A DNA stretch of 64,000 bases from Chiloscyllium plagiosum (GCF_004010195.1 NC_057718.1:40661173-40725172); one strand, 5' to 3'; numbered from the stretch's first letter, positions 13,121 through 26,300 are shown. Notes: generated by a model not told the origin, from the letters alone. Translations and numbers: made by a program.

Positions 13121-14184
13121 CCACCATGAAGCCAACTCATTATATTAAGTCATAACTGAGTGAGAAAAAACAAGTCAAAGCTAATGAAAAGTGATTTTTT
13201 TATATTAAAAAAAAAGAGTTAAAACACTTACTTTGGTATGGCTCTTCAGAAACAGGTGGCCTCTGAGATTTTGCCCAAGTGGTTATTATTGATTGAGAGA
13301 GAATGTTGGCAGACTATTCAAATAAATGGCATATCCAATGATGATTAACTTACTTTACACAGCTGACTGTTAAATATTTTCCTCACCTTAAAGTGAATAG
13401 TTGGTAATTATGTGGTTAAAGGGCTTTGTTTGCAATGAGGAAGTTCATGAATCAAATGCATTGATAAAAAAACAAATAAAATCAGAATGGCTTCCTGTTG
13501 CCAGTATCAGGCAAAAGAGGAGGTGTTGAAAACTGGGAGGGTGTCTGAGGCTCATTAGTTTGCTTCCACAGCTGGACAAAAGCAGTTGGGGCCCTGTTGG
13601 TGCTTGCTGAAACAGGAAACTATGGGTAACATCTCGTAAAATGAATCAAATACAAATAACAACAGAGTAGCTTTGTTCAGTTGCATGATAAGTGAAAACT
13701 CAGCTTGTTGTGGTTATGCCAGGCCTTACCACAGAATAACGAAAGTAACATCCTTGTTTTTGTAATATTTCCTTCACTCTATCATATCCAGTAAACTGGA
13801 TCTGAAATGAATGTACAAATAAACTGGCTATGCAACATCAAACTAAACAATGGTTATCACAGGAACCAAAGGCAATAAAGACTTGCATTTCTATAGAACA
13901 TTACATGACATCTGGACATCCCACAGCAACATACAACCTAAAAAATACCTTTGAGTCAGTGTTATAAGGCAACAATGTGTGATTTTGTTAAGAAATTGCT
14001 GCCAAGGTTTGGTGTTCAAATTTGGAAAGGTTGACAAAATGCTTTGTTGTGCCTTGAAAATGAATGAGCATAAATCATACACAGGAATATAAAGAATGGA
14101 ATACACTAATTCTGATAATTATTTCAAAATCAATAAGCAATTTAAAACAAGGGCGAGGATACAAAACAGTGAAAGATAACTTTG

Positions 14185-14502
14185 TGGGCGGCACGGTGGC
14201 ACAGTGGTTAGCACTGCTGCCTCACAGCGCCTGAGACCCGGGTTCAATTCCTGCCTCAGGTGACTGACTGTGTGGAGTTTGCAGATTCTCCCCGTGTCTG
14301 CGTGGGTTTTCTCCAGGTGCTCCGGTTTCCTCCCACAATCCAAAGATGTGCAGGTCAGGTGAATTGGCCATGCTAAATTGCCCATAGTGTTAGGTAATGA
14401 GTAAATGTAGGGGTGTGGGTGGGTTGCGCTTCGGCGGGTCGGTGTGGACTTGTTGGGCCGAAGGGCCTGTTTCCACACTGTAATGTAATCTAATGTAATC
14501 TA
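14185..14502 (+). mobile_element. Full-length HE1-type V-SINE
   Basis: gggcggcacggtggcacagtggttagc (A box), gggttcaattcc (B box), V-domain and (taatc/taatg)n tail. Confidence 0.95.
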
Positions 14503-16665
14503 AAAAAAAACTTCATGCCTGTTGTTAGGCAGTTATTCTTTGTGCAAAGAAGTGATTGTAGGAGGCATACATTCTGAAATTGCTTAACTGGACTTTGTGA
14601 TAGGAGGAATCGTAATGTACAATTGAATAAGAAGCTGGTCAAATCCTTCTTTATCTGCAAGCTTCAATGCAACAAAATATACTGATTGAGAATTATGAAT
14701 GTCTGTATAAAAACTCTTACATCTAAACATTTGTGAAATTGTTAAACAATTTTAAGAGTATAGAACTTCCAATAAAAAAAAAGCCACCAGATAATACTTT
14801 CTTGGTCACATAATGCAGTGGTAACTTTGGCAAGAGTTTTGCATTTTCTGCTGCTATTGGCTGTCCCTTCCATGAGTTTTATTTGCTTTAACATTGACTT
14901 CACCTTGGTTCATTAATGAATCAATCAATCACAAAATTCAATTATTCCTTAACACTTTGCACAATTAAGCATAAATCCTTTAATCATGTTAAACAAGGTT
15001 GAAGATTACCTACTTGGATAAATAAATTAAAAGAAAGGCCCTTCAATTATCATTGCCTATTTCTCCTTCTATATAACTTAAATAGCTACTTGCAGTTTTA
15101 TTCTAGCAGTTAAGGTTGGTGATCAAGTAAGGATTACAACTTTTAATAAATTCTCCAGTGATATCTCTCCATGATAAAAGGTCTAGATGCAAGATGAGTA
15201 AATCTCTTCTTAATTCAATAGTTCATTTTAAAAATAACTGAATCCTGGCACTCTGAAATATAAATGTATAGAGTTATATTGATGTTTTAGACCAATTATT
15301 CAAAATGCAATTTTCAGATGTTTTTCTTAATGTTTAAGGACAAACAAGGGATGTTTCATTCTCCATTCCAACCTGGCACCCACTCTGCTATAACAGTTCA
15401 CTAAATATACCTTACCTCTGTTTCTGATGTTGCTGGTTCACGTTTTCAATCCATCCCAATTTCAATCTTGTCAGTCCCAGTGCCACAAAGCGCATTGATA
15501 TCAATTTAAAATGCTTATTTTAAAAGTGAATGCATGCTCCTTCAATGAAATAATTGTGCTTTAATTAAACAGCGCAAATTTGTGTTCCGTCAAACCAACA
15601 AAGAGCCATGGTATTAGTTTATTGGAAAGGGCGATGCTTTACAACACAGCCTTTGTTATGCTGTAATCATTTAGTTAGCATGCGATCTTCTGTTGACAGG
15701 CAAATCAAGTGTTTCTGAAGTGTTGAGATTATAATAACAACCCCTCATCAATCATTTCTGCTACATTGCTGGTAGTAAAGCATACACAATTAGAAGGTCA
15801 GGCTTAACAAAAACAAAAAAATATACAAGTCAAGGCATAGTTGACTGCAAAATGTAATCATGAATATATGAAATGTTTATAACTATTACTACGTGCTGTA
15901 CTTCATACATTGGTTACTAGCTAAATGAATTGTGGCAGGCCTGGGCTCTTAAGAAAAAATCTCAATTTCATGCCCAAGAGTATTCTACTGAAATATCGAT
16001 GGAAAGGTCATTGTTCTGCTTAGCTCTATTTCTCTCCCTCTATAGATGCTGCCAGACACACAGAGTATTTCCAACATTTTCTAATTATGCTTTTGCCCCT
16101 CACAATGTTTTAATAATGGCGACAGGTGATGACTTTATGACTTCTGATATAATGCACAAAGCTGCCAAGTATTTCTAACTGTCGGGGTGTTGCAAATTAT
16201 TTAGCATTATCTAATTTATAATGTAACATAGCTCCCACAGTAATATCCCCTTGTGGCCTAAATTGGCTATTGTACAGCAAAAGGTATTTCACTTCATCAG
16301 TTTGTTTCAGATGTGAAATGTGTCCAGAACCTTCTTATTTGTAGGCATATACAACTGAAGAATACAAAAGATATATTGGTCATTATACTGGTTAGAATGC
16401 CCATTGGTCATCTTGGGTGCCTCTCTGAAATGGAATGGGACTCAACTTAATGTTACATCAAAAGTCATCACCTCTGACAATGCAGCACCCTCTCAGTATT
16501 GCACTTCTAATGAGAATATATTGTACTGACATAAAATCTGAACAAGCTGATACCAAGTTGATGGTTAATGACATAAATAAGCCCTTGGATTTGCCCCTCT
16601 TTCATTCTTCAATCATTTTTTGTGAAATGCAAAACAAATTCCAGATTGATATAGAAAAGTTGCAG

Positions 16666-17000
16666 ATAAAAACCCATTGTACTCTTTGCTACCTTCCCCC
16701 CACCCTCCTCTCTGACCTATCACCTCCATCCCCACCCCCCCCTCCCCATTCACCTACTGTACTCAATGCTTCGGTGAGCCCATGTTCACCTGGGCGGCAC
16801 GGTGGTAGTGGGCGGCACGGTGGCACAGTGGTTAGCACTGCTGCCTCACAGCGCCACACCCCCTCTCATTTATCTCTCCACTCTGCAGGCACCCTGCCTC
16901 TGTTCCTGATCAAGGGCTTTTGCCCGTAACGTCGATTTTCCTGCTCCTCGGATGCTGCCTGACCTGCTGTGCTTTTCCAGCACCACTCTAATCTAGATCC
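16666..17000 (+). mobile_element. PLE 3' fragment (family A) with a captured V-SINE head
   Basis: 15-bp TSD atagaaaagttgcag at 16651-16665 and 17001-17015; mutated hammerhead motif 16906-16933; SINE head 16791-16855. Confidence 0.8.
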
Positions 17001-17409
17001 ATAGAAAAGTTGCAGCAATTCTCTAACCAAATAAAATGTATCTAATATTTTCTATTTGGACAGCAATGTGCATTTTGAAATGTTCACTTTGTTTCCCTCT
17101 TACTTGGTGGAATTTTGTCAGTTTTGGGACCAAGAGTGCAGGCATAAAATCAGGAGGTGCTTCGCTTTGCAGGGGACAGATTTTCTCACCCTTAAAATCT
17201 TTTTAAGTTCATTTCAGATTGCATATGTATACATGAGTAATGCATCAAATGTTATGGACATGTGGGCAGGGAGTCTGATCCCCCTCCATCAACAAAGACC
17301 TTCAAGGGGAGTTAAACTTGTGAAGCTTACTTAAAAAGCACCAAGACTTCACTTTCTGCAAACCTCCACTCAGCATCTCACCCAGCCCTGGAGATGCCAG
17401 AGACCTGGG

Positions 17410-17633
17410 AAAAAGCCAGCACCATGGTTCAGTGACACCGTCTTAGGTGCTCACTTGACAGCTGTACAGTAAAGAAGGGAAGATCTTTTCCCTAACTATG
17501 GCAACAAATGTCAATCCTGACTGTGAAGGCAACCTGGACAGCGGTACATTTGGAGATCAATGTCCACGGATGTCTCAAAGGAACCTGGTTCCAGTGCTGC
17601 AAGTGGATGAATGTTCTGTTGTGTTCTGCCAGG
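17410..17633 (+). pseudogene. Harbinger Myb/SANT-like DNA-binding ORF, first coding segment (decayed)
   Basis: KKPAPWFSDTVLGAHLTAVQ*RREDLFP.../VKATWTAVHLEINVHGCLKGTWFQCCKWMNVLLCSAR followed by GT; fits the Myb/SANT-like trihelix pattern F-S...W..V...N......TW.QC.K. Confidence 0.7.
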
Positions 17634-18211
17634 GTTCATGGTCAGTCTACACTATGCTCCATGAGAATGTGTTAGCATTGTAAGATTGTGTCAGTGCAGA
17701 GGACTGTCACACATAGGGTTAGGAGCCAGGCATCTCCATCAGCTGCTTCATGTACATTGCATGCCTATCATTTAATTGCAGCTAGTAATTTAGCACTCCT
17801 GGCACTGCCCTGGTACTGTCTCTCACACATCTGCCAAACATAAAGGGTAGCTAAAGCATTCAGTAGCTGTCAGCTCACTGCTTTTTCTCATAACTAGGAG
17901 AACACATCCATCTGATAGATTTTCACCAAAATGTTGCATGGGAAAAGACGAAACTACCTTTGGGATGAACATTTCACGGGTATCTCAGGCACGTGCGTCA
18001 TATAATGATGTATTGCTTTTCAGCAACTGTAGCTTTTTGACTTCATACCTACCATTCAGAACTCTTTAACTCCTAACATCTGCTATTCCATATTCTTATT
18101 AGTAACACACATGGACAGTCACAGCCCTGGGATTTGCATATTTATCTGTATCTACCAATGGCAGCAAAGTGCTCATGTACTCACAGCAATGCTGTTCTCC
18201 ATCTCTCCATC

Positions 18212-18345
18212 TGCAGAAGGAGAAGGTATACAATAAGGATGAATGTGTCCAGACGTGGGGAAGCCTGATGTAAGATTCCTGAAAGCCTTCTGGGTGAAGG
18301 CCATTGAGCCAGCAGGAGAGCATGGGCAATGTGCCCATGCTCAGG
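18212..18345 (+). pseudogene. Harbinger Myb-like ORF, second segment (decayed)
   Basis: Pyrimidine tract plus CAG, then EKVYNKDECVQT/GKPDVRFLKAFWVKAIEPAG, resembling the TGGG-containing segment that follows the Myb domain. Confidence 0.5.
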
Positions 18346-19077
18346 TGAGGACTGGATATCTGCAGCCATCTCATGAGAAACCTTCCCACCTGCTATTCCC
18401 AGCTGCACGTGAAGCAGCAATGTCTTTGTGAAGCTTTAAGTAAGGTTTCCGTCTCACGACATGAACAAATCTACGCGTTTTTCTGTGCAACCACCAGACC
18501 CCACTCCAAAGGCTGAAGAAAAAGGAAGAGCCGCAGCTCCAAGCCCACCCCTCCCACCCCCTCAGATTCTCAAAGGATACAATTTTCTTTCCACTCTCTG
18601 CCAGCATAGAGATACTCACTTCAGTTGCTCACCTGGATAGAATAGGGTCAGGGTCACATTCTGGTGAGCACAGCTCTGATTTGGGCCTGAAACTAGAGGA
18701 GGAAAAAATGGTCATGGTCTCTGTCCCTTGGAGGACTGCTGAGCCTGGTATGGATGAGGAGCCTCTGGTCTTGGCTGTTAATGAGCTGACCAGGATGCAA
18801 AAGCAAGCATGGGAATGTCTGTCAGAGATCACACGCAGGCTAAAGTAAAGGATAGAGGAGCCTGCTCAAGATGTCATGGTTCTTGCATGCAAGAACATGG
18901 TTGCCTCCATGGCCAGCCACCACAAAAAGGAAGATCTAACTGAACAGTCAGTATCGGTGGGATACATTTGGGAGCTTGCAGTCCATTGTTTGAGCCACTC
19001 ATTTGCTGGATAGGTAAAGTGAGACCTAGGGACCTTGAACTCACTCTTACTGTTTCATCCAAGAGTCATCCTTTAAA

Positions 19078-19712
19078 TCCAAGATGGCAACAGAGTAGGA
19101 CACTTCAGCCGGGGCTCATCTGCTGCATCCATTTCTTTATCTTTCTTTCTCTTATTTTCTCTCTTTTGTTTTTCTTCCCCATCTTCTCTTTTCTTCCTTC
19201 TTTCATTTTTCCCAAAGACTCCTGGCCTCAGCGCAGACCCAGTGAGGTGTCGTCTTGGCCTGGTGTCGTGGCCTCCTGGCCCAGTGTGGCAGTCTCCAGC
19301 CTGATCTGGCGTAGCGGTTTCTTGGCTCGGTGTAACCTTAGCATGGACTTCCAGCCACAAGGTGAATCCAAAGTGGTCTCCTGGTCTAGATAGCCTCATG
19401 GTGAAGCCCGGTACAGTCTGGAGTGAAGGCCAAGTGGGGACTGGAGGCAAAAGGCCACCATGGACTGGATTAGAAGAACTGTTGTACTGAACTTTTTATT
19501 TCTCTACTTTTATAATTTATTCCTACAATCTGCAATGCTGGGCATTTTATTTCTTTATTTTTCTAATTTTTTTTCCCTCCGAGAACTTACACAGAAGAAT
19601 CTGTACCTAAGTATCTTTCCCTAAGATGGCACTGTAAGTGGCAGCTTGTTAACTTTTCACTGCGTTCATTTGAGTACATGTGACAGTAAAGCTCATTGAA
19701 TTCAATTCATTC
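19078..19712 (+). mobile_element. YY1-motif-headed non-coding retroposon inserted in the Harbinger remnant
   Basis: Starts tccaagatggc; ends cttttcactgcgttcatttgagtacatgtgacagtaaa plus (ttcaa)n; possible TSD tcctt(t/c)aa. Confidence 0.7.
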
Positions 19713-19898
19713 CTTCAAGGGGTGAGGGAAGTGTTATTGAATACAACAGACCGGGATTGCCTGGACACTCATAAAGATCTCTGCTGCATTAACCCTCCTC
19801 TATCAGGGACCTAAATGTCTCCATTAATTTAGGCTCAGGAGGTTAACCTATATCTGTGTAGGTGAGACCCAGACACTTGAAAACATACACTAAAGTCA

Positions 19899-20128
19899 TG
19901 ATTCGGAGATGGCGGTGTTGGACTGGGGTGTACAAAGTTAAAAATCACACAACACCAGGTTATAGTCCAACAGGTTTATTTGGAAGCACACTAGCTTTCG
20001 GAGCGACACTCCTTCATCAGGTGATTGACAATCAACTGATGAAGGAGCGTCGCTCCAAAAGCTAGTGTGCTTCCAATTAAATGTGTTGGACTATAACCCG
20101 GTGTTGTGTGATTTTTAACTTTGTACAC
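19899..20128. mobile_element. Fold-back (palindromic) PLE-terminus element, family B
   Basis: About 100-bp inverted arms; 13-bp TSD tacactaaagtca at 19886-19898 and 20124-20136. Confidence 0.85.
19989..20023 (-). ncRNA. Minimal type I hammerhead ribozyme motif, intact core (family B)
   Basis: Minus strand reads CAC-CUGAUGA-A-GGAGU-guc-GCUCC-GAAA-G-CUA-GUG: stem I CAC/GUG, stem II of 5 bp, palindromic AGCU in place of stem III. Confidence 0.7.
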
Positions 20129-20807
20129 TAAAGTCAATTACCACAAAACAGTCAGCAGGTTTCCTCAAGCTCAGGTGTAGCTACCAAGTTAACAGCCAGA
20201 TGCTGTGGTAGGAAAAGAAAGATTCAGCATTATTGAAGTCATGTTTGGTGCTTGGATGATAATACTATATGAAATCTGACAGTTTGCAAATATAACACTT
20301 TGTCCAGCAGTACTGTGGTTTTTTTTCAGGCTGTTAAGGATCCTGACTATTTATGTTTTCCTTGTGGATACCCTGATGTTCACCCTAGTCCCTCACAAGC
20401 CAACCTCGTTGGCAGTTCAAAAAGCACTGTGGATCTCATTCTCTGCTACCCTCTGGCTGGAATATAACCTCTAAAGCAGGGAGCTAACTTAATGTTGGAA
20501 GGTTAAAAGTCAATCAGTATATTTTAGCTCATTGACATCTCTATAGAAGATGAATTCCCCTGGAATCTGAGGATTGAGTCACTTAATTGCATCCCTTATG
20601 TAATCCAGTTTAACTCCATTCTGATGCTTGGCCAGAGACTAACATGAGATTATTGGTGCAGAAAGAACAAAGTCACTTATAATTAATAACAAACAAAGTA
20701 ACTTAAGGTTTTAAAATTACAAATAAAACACGCCCTTGAAGGCAGGAATGCCTCTGTGCCATAATTAGCTCACAGATCTGCTTGTTCACATATGTTAATG
20801 CAAAGTC

Positions 20808-21640
20808 ATTCAAACTGAAGTCTAACTGCTATCAGTTTATTGTGGGCTGGTCTGCCTCATCTCAGCATTAACCAGTATTCTTCAATATCCTCATCATTAA
20901 CGATAGCTCCCTCAGTATTTCCATCAGACTCCCCTTCTTCTCATCTGAGGGAACAGTAGCTGGTCCATTTCCCCCTCTTCTAGGTCTTACCCCACCATCG
21001 AACTAGATTAGCAGGGTCCAATCACAATTCTGGAGAGTTTGTGCAGCGAATATTGGAGTGCTCCTCCTGAGAGGTTCATGCAATGGAAATCTCCAGAGCT
21101 CAATTATCTGTTTAATGATGGTCTCAGAGAATGCGTAGGCTGCATTGTAACACTGTTTCACATCATTCTGCGAGGTTTGTTCTGGGATCATGAACCATGT
21201 CTTCTGAAATATCCCTTGTCACCCATAAATGAGCTGTGGAGTTGATGAAGGTAAGAAAACATTCAAGCAGCCTGGAAATTGTGCAGAATGTAAATGTCTT
21301 GCCTGCTCCCTGGGTAACAGGCACACACTTTCAGGAATCGTTGTCTGCAGTCACAACCAAGCTGCATTAAGGGCGTGAAATCCCTTCTTGTTTCAGGAAT
21401 TGAACTGGATGTTACCTTGGAGCTCTGAGCACCACAAGTGTACAATTGATGGCTCCTTTTGCCTGAGCGAACACAGCAATCTTTGGCTCCATGTTGAAAA
21501 AAGAAAACTTTATTGCTTTCCTTCCAAGGATATCAGTGAACTCATAGCTGCTTTTGTTGGCTGCCAATTTGGAGGTGCCACACATATCTCTCCACACTAG
21601 ATTTGCAAAGATGTCTCCAGCACTAGCTTTCACTGATCTG
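20808..21640 (-). pseudogene. PIF/Harbinger DDE transposase (HARBI1-like), decayed
   Basis: Frame-shifted motifs in the expected order: DMCGTSK, IAVFAQAKGAINCTLVVLRAP, QLGCDCRQRFLKVCACYPGSRQD, MGDKGY, WFMIP, YNAAYAFSETIIKQIIE, then an acidic tail and LIAVR. Confidence 0.85.
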
Positions 21641-24084
21641 CAGGCTGCTGTAACACCTTCAGTAGACCCTCTCTTAGTAAACTGCTCAACAGTACGGCAG
21701 AGCCTGGTTTGGGTACCACTTGCTTGTCCACGGTTACAGCCCTCTGACCCTTGTATTTCTGGTTCTGTTGTTCATGGGTATTCTGAATATTTTTAAACTC
21801 ACCAAAATTAGTACAATTGTTGGGTTAAGTTGGACAAACATCAGGCATGGAAGTACTCATCTGTGCAAAATTATCAGGAATGAGATGTTTGTTCTCCATT
21901 TGAGACCTTGATGTAGTCAAACTGTGCTTTTGGCTCTTGTCAGACTGCTGATGTGTGGGGTGCTATGTTGCAGACCAGCTACCTCTGCATGGTAAGGGCA
22001 TCCTCCATGATCCATGACTGGTTCTCATCTTCATTCTGCCATATCCCTTGATCTTGACATTGCTTTCCATGCGTGTGACAGTTAGCTCAATCTGACTCAT
22101 GGTGGCCTCTGAAATAGACCCCTACATGAAATATAGCTGATTCATCCCCATATCCTTAACTTGCATAGCTACTTTCTTTTGTGACCCAGTTCAAGAGAAA
22201 GATGGTACTTGTTAAGTTTTTATTCAAAGTCTTCATCCTGTACCTTCTCCCTCTAGACTACCCTTTCCTCCATCATTGCAGATGCCTGTCTCGTTCTCTC
22301 TGGCATCTCCTCTGCCCTGTGTCAATCTCCCCTGTGTTTATCAGCCCTTTCAGTACAATCCTTCACATTCCTGCTCTTCCCTCCTTGATCCCATCCCAAT
22401 CCATATATTGACAATATCCATATAGCTACATCTCAGGCCTACATCATCCCTTATACAATTCCCTTGCTGTTTCTCTCTCCCCAATATACATAACCCACCC
22501 ATCCTGAATACCGAGCTCCAACCCTCCCTGTTACCCTTGCCCATATCATGTGACTGTCCCCTCTGAGCCACAGTGTCCTCCCTCCATTCAATGGGCCCCT
22601 TCCGGTGCCCCTAACAACCATTCTCTTTAAGTCTATTTCCTACTATTACTTCTAACTCATCTGGATCTGAGATTTTTCCTTTCAGCCCTCTTTTGACTTC
22701 AGCCTTGCTAACCGGCCCCAGCCAGGGTTGCCTTCCGTCAGCCCGTGTGGCTGTCTAGCTTATCCAGTCTCGTTGGCTTTGACGGACTTCACTTGTTACA
22801 TTGAAGGGTTTAACAACAACACCAAGCAAGACCTCAAATCACTGAGAGTCTCACGAGCTGGTTGACTCAGTCAGGCTTCACCTCTTGCATTGTCAATGCT
22901 GTGCAAAGAACCACCTTCATTCTGAAAAAGACAAGCTAGTGAGCAAGTTTGGACTTGTTGGAGCTTGGGGGAAGAGATCAGCCTTGTCAGGCACAAACCG
23001 CATTCACATAGTTGAATTTGTAAACACGCACGTTTGCCAAACAGGATTGAGACCTTGGACACAATTGTAGTGGGCTGGGATGTTAATAAGTTTCATATCA
23101 TGGTAATAGATGCAAAAGAGATCCCTGACCAGCAAGGTGAGGCACGCTAACCTGTCTGCAAGAGTCTGAGACTTTACAACTCACTGTTGGGAAGCTGAAT
23201 TTCTGCCTCTTGTCCAAGTAAGTACCGCTGCAACCTGGAAATTTCTATCCACTGCTTTGTTAATATTCAATACACTACAATGAGGGATACTTGTGCTGTA
23301 AAATAGAGCAATGGGCAGAACCCTCTGGGCATGTATGAAGCACGGAAGCAGGGGGGAGGCATGGAAAATGAGATATTGTCATGGCAATTAGTACTCTATG
23401 TATTTCTAAATTCTCCAATGTAAATTCCAGGCAAGCAGGCTGAAGGGCACCCAGTTTCCATCACCTCCATGTAGCACCCCACCAAGGGACCGAGTAACAA
23501 TCAATTAAAGACCAAGTAATGGCTGATTGCCAGCTGGGTTTTGATTATCTCAAAGTAAGAGTTAGCCACACAGATAATGCTAGTTAATGGTGAATTTGTG
23601 CATGTTCAAGGGACTGAACATGTGGAAGAGGAATGGCTATTGAATGCCAATGTATCCTTCCTTCTGGCCTCCTCCCATAATTTCTGCTCGCAACTCCCAA
23701 CTGCAGAAGCCACGAGCCCCAAAAAACATCTGTCTTTCAGCTTGGTCTTTGCAATTTTGGGCGTCAATCTGACAACAGCCACAGATTTCTTGGTAGCCAT
23801 GCTGAGTGAAAGAGTGTGATCGGCTGGCAACTCTCCCTGGGCAGAACCTCTTTGTAAGGGTCTTGACTTTAGAGCAAATCCTGATGCTGACCTCCAAACT
23901 ACTTGATTGGATGAAGATATGGCAGGTTTTCCTTTGAAGAGTCAGCTAGGTCTTATGCATCAACAAGCAAGTATTGTCTGGGTAACTTTCACATTATATA
24001 CAGACTCAATCTTTCTATGTTGCATCTCTGTTCCAGCTTGAAAAGAATCCATAATATAAAATGAATGACGTTTCTCTTTCTTGC

Positions 24085-24326
24085 TAAGAGAAAGTGAGGA
24101 CTGCAGATACTGGAGATCAGAGTCGAGAGTGTGGTGCTGGAAAAACACAGCAGGTTAGGCAGCATCCAAGGAGCAGGAGAATTGACATTTTGGGCATAAG
24201 CCCTTTATCATGAGTGAGGCTTCTCAGCCTCATTCTTGATGAAGGGCTTATACCTGAAACGTGGACTCTCCTGCTCCTCGGATGCTGCCTGACTTGCTGT
24301 GCTTTTCCAACACCACACTCTCGACA
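24085..24326. mobile_element. Fold-back PLE-terminus element, family A
   Basis: Inverted arms, each with a degenerate hammerhead; 14-bp TSD tttctctttcttgc at 24071-24084 and 24327-24340. Confidence 0.85.
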
Positions 24327-25589
24327 TTTCTCTTTCTTGCGCCTACTATTCTTTGAGAAAGAATCTCAGTATTTTAGGGGCAACTTGCTGTTTGTTATAG
24401 GGAGCTGATCTATAAGTCTTGTGAAGAAACAAATGATAGGAATTATGTAATCTTTTCAGAGTATTCCAGAACGGCATTGTGTCCCATCATCAAAAGTCAT
24501 TAGTCCTTTAAGAACCACTGTATGTCAATATGCCTTTAAAAGACACACTCATGATATTATCACTGCATGTGACCTGATGGTAGAAAAGTCTCAGACTCCA
24601 TCCTAACACGGGTCACTTGAAGCCTGACATGCTGATAGAGGCATGCCACTGATTGTAACTGCAAAGGTTAATGTTAGTCAAGGCACTGATGTGCCTGTGA
24701 ATATAATACTTGAATATGTTAAATATGAAAAATGTCTTTTGATTTTTCAATATGATGTTACCCACATCCATGTTTCCATGTTATAAGGATAACATAAGCA
24801 TTGCCGCATCAGGTAATGATATCCTGCTGGAGGCAAAGCACAAAGCACATTGTGTTGCAAACCATAACGTGAAACATATACACCTGTAGATGCCACAAAT
24901 TTCCAATTGATCAAAAGTGGTAAAGTGGTAATATACTTTGAAGTCGAAATACAAACGACATAATGCAGAACAGTGTGCAAGAAGGGGTGCAATAGTAATA
25001 TAACTTCACTTCAGTGGTACCTGCTTATGCGACTTATAAACTAAATCAACCACTGTGTAATGTAAATAATGCATATGATAGAAAGAACAATGCAAGAGAA
25101 CAAGTAGGGTTAATACATTTATGCTGTAAGATTTTAAGGAGTTGCAGAGCTCACTGAATTTTACACCATTCCTGTAAGATTTTTTAAAGTGCAGGGATAG
25201 TTTATAGTGTTTTTCCTGCTTCTAAAGCTAAGACTTTACCTCATTAATGACTATTTCAGACAGAAAGTGTTAACTGGAAACATTAACAGATGTTACACTC
25301 AATTGTTGACAGATACCAATAAAAACAGAACATTTCAAAAATGCAAGTTGTTTCTTTGTAAGGAAATGGTAGTGATTAGAATGCAAACAGTGCATTTTAT
25401 CAAAAGAAGAGAAAACTTGCATTGCTATGGCATCATTTCTGTGCACAGACTGCCCCAAAGCAAGTTTACTGGTAATGAGGAATTATATTTGAAATGTAGT
25501 AAAGTTTTAAAGTGTGAAACAAGGCAGCTACAGCAAGTTTCTTTCAATGATCAGATAATCTTCCTGTGAGATGTTGGTTGACGAATAAG

Positions 25590-25785
25590 GTAACATCACC
25601 ATAGTCTTATCAGATCATAGAACTCTCTTGCATTAGAGAGGGACAACTGATAGCAGTTTAACCTGAGGTTAAGGGGACAAGTTGAGAAGGACGGTCCTTC
25701 ATGGTAACCTCAGCACATGTATGAATTGAGGTCATGCTGTTGGATCACTCTGCATCTCAAGCTAGTCATCTAGCCAATTGAGCAA
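25590..25785 (-). mobile_element. tRNA-derived SINE (same family as 38990-39205)
   Basis: Reverse complement shares gttaccatgaagga...ctctctaatg...ctatggt blocks with 38990-39205. Confidence 0.6.
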
Positions 25786-26170
25786 ATTGAGAGATCAATA
25801 TTATTGGGATTGTCTCCTCCTCCTCATATTTTACAACAAAATCCTGTCATTGGGTATTTTATTGCCACCTGAGAAGTCAGACAGGTGGAGTTTTGCAGCA
25901 CTCCCATTGGACTGCACTGTGATGTGGACTGGACACTCTGAGAGAGGTCCACTTACTGACAAAGGCTGCATCCATAGTGCTAATGCTGTCTCTGGAGGAG
26001 ATTCCCTTGCAGTTGTTGGGATCTGCCTGCTTGTCTCTGTCATTGGAGCAATGTTTGTACTTCTGCTGCGAGGGTGACCTCGGAATGGTTACCTCTCTCA
26101 GCGACCCTGCAGAGTTGCTGCCTCTCTGGGTCAGAACCATGGAGATCTAGCCTGTTCTCTTAATAGCATA

Positions 26171-26300
26171 GGTAAAAACAATGACTGTAGATGCTGGAAA
26201 CCAGATTCTGGATTAGTGGTGCTGGAAAAACACAGCAGTTCAGGCAGCATCCGAGGAGCAGTAAAATCGACTTTTCAGGCAAAAGCCCTTCATCAGGAAA
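26171..26300 (-). mobile_element. Short PLE-terminus insertion (family A) with near-intact hammerhead
   Basis: Minus strand CUGAUGA-A-GGGC-uuuu-GCCU-GAAA-A-GUC (26269-26296); 12-bp TSD cttaat(a/t)gcata at 26159-26170 and 26301-26312. Confidence 0.8.

Noticed and set aside
14185..14260. tRNA gene
   Set aside because: The A/B boxes belong to a SINE head followed by the V-domain; there is no full cloverleaf.
18968..19450. ORFs with a hydrophobic or charged low-complexity segment
   Set aside because: They arise from the pyrimidine run of the inserted retroposon.
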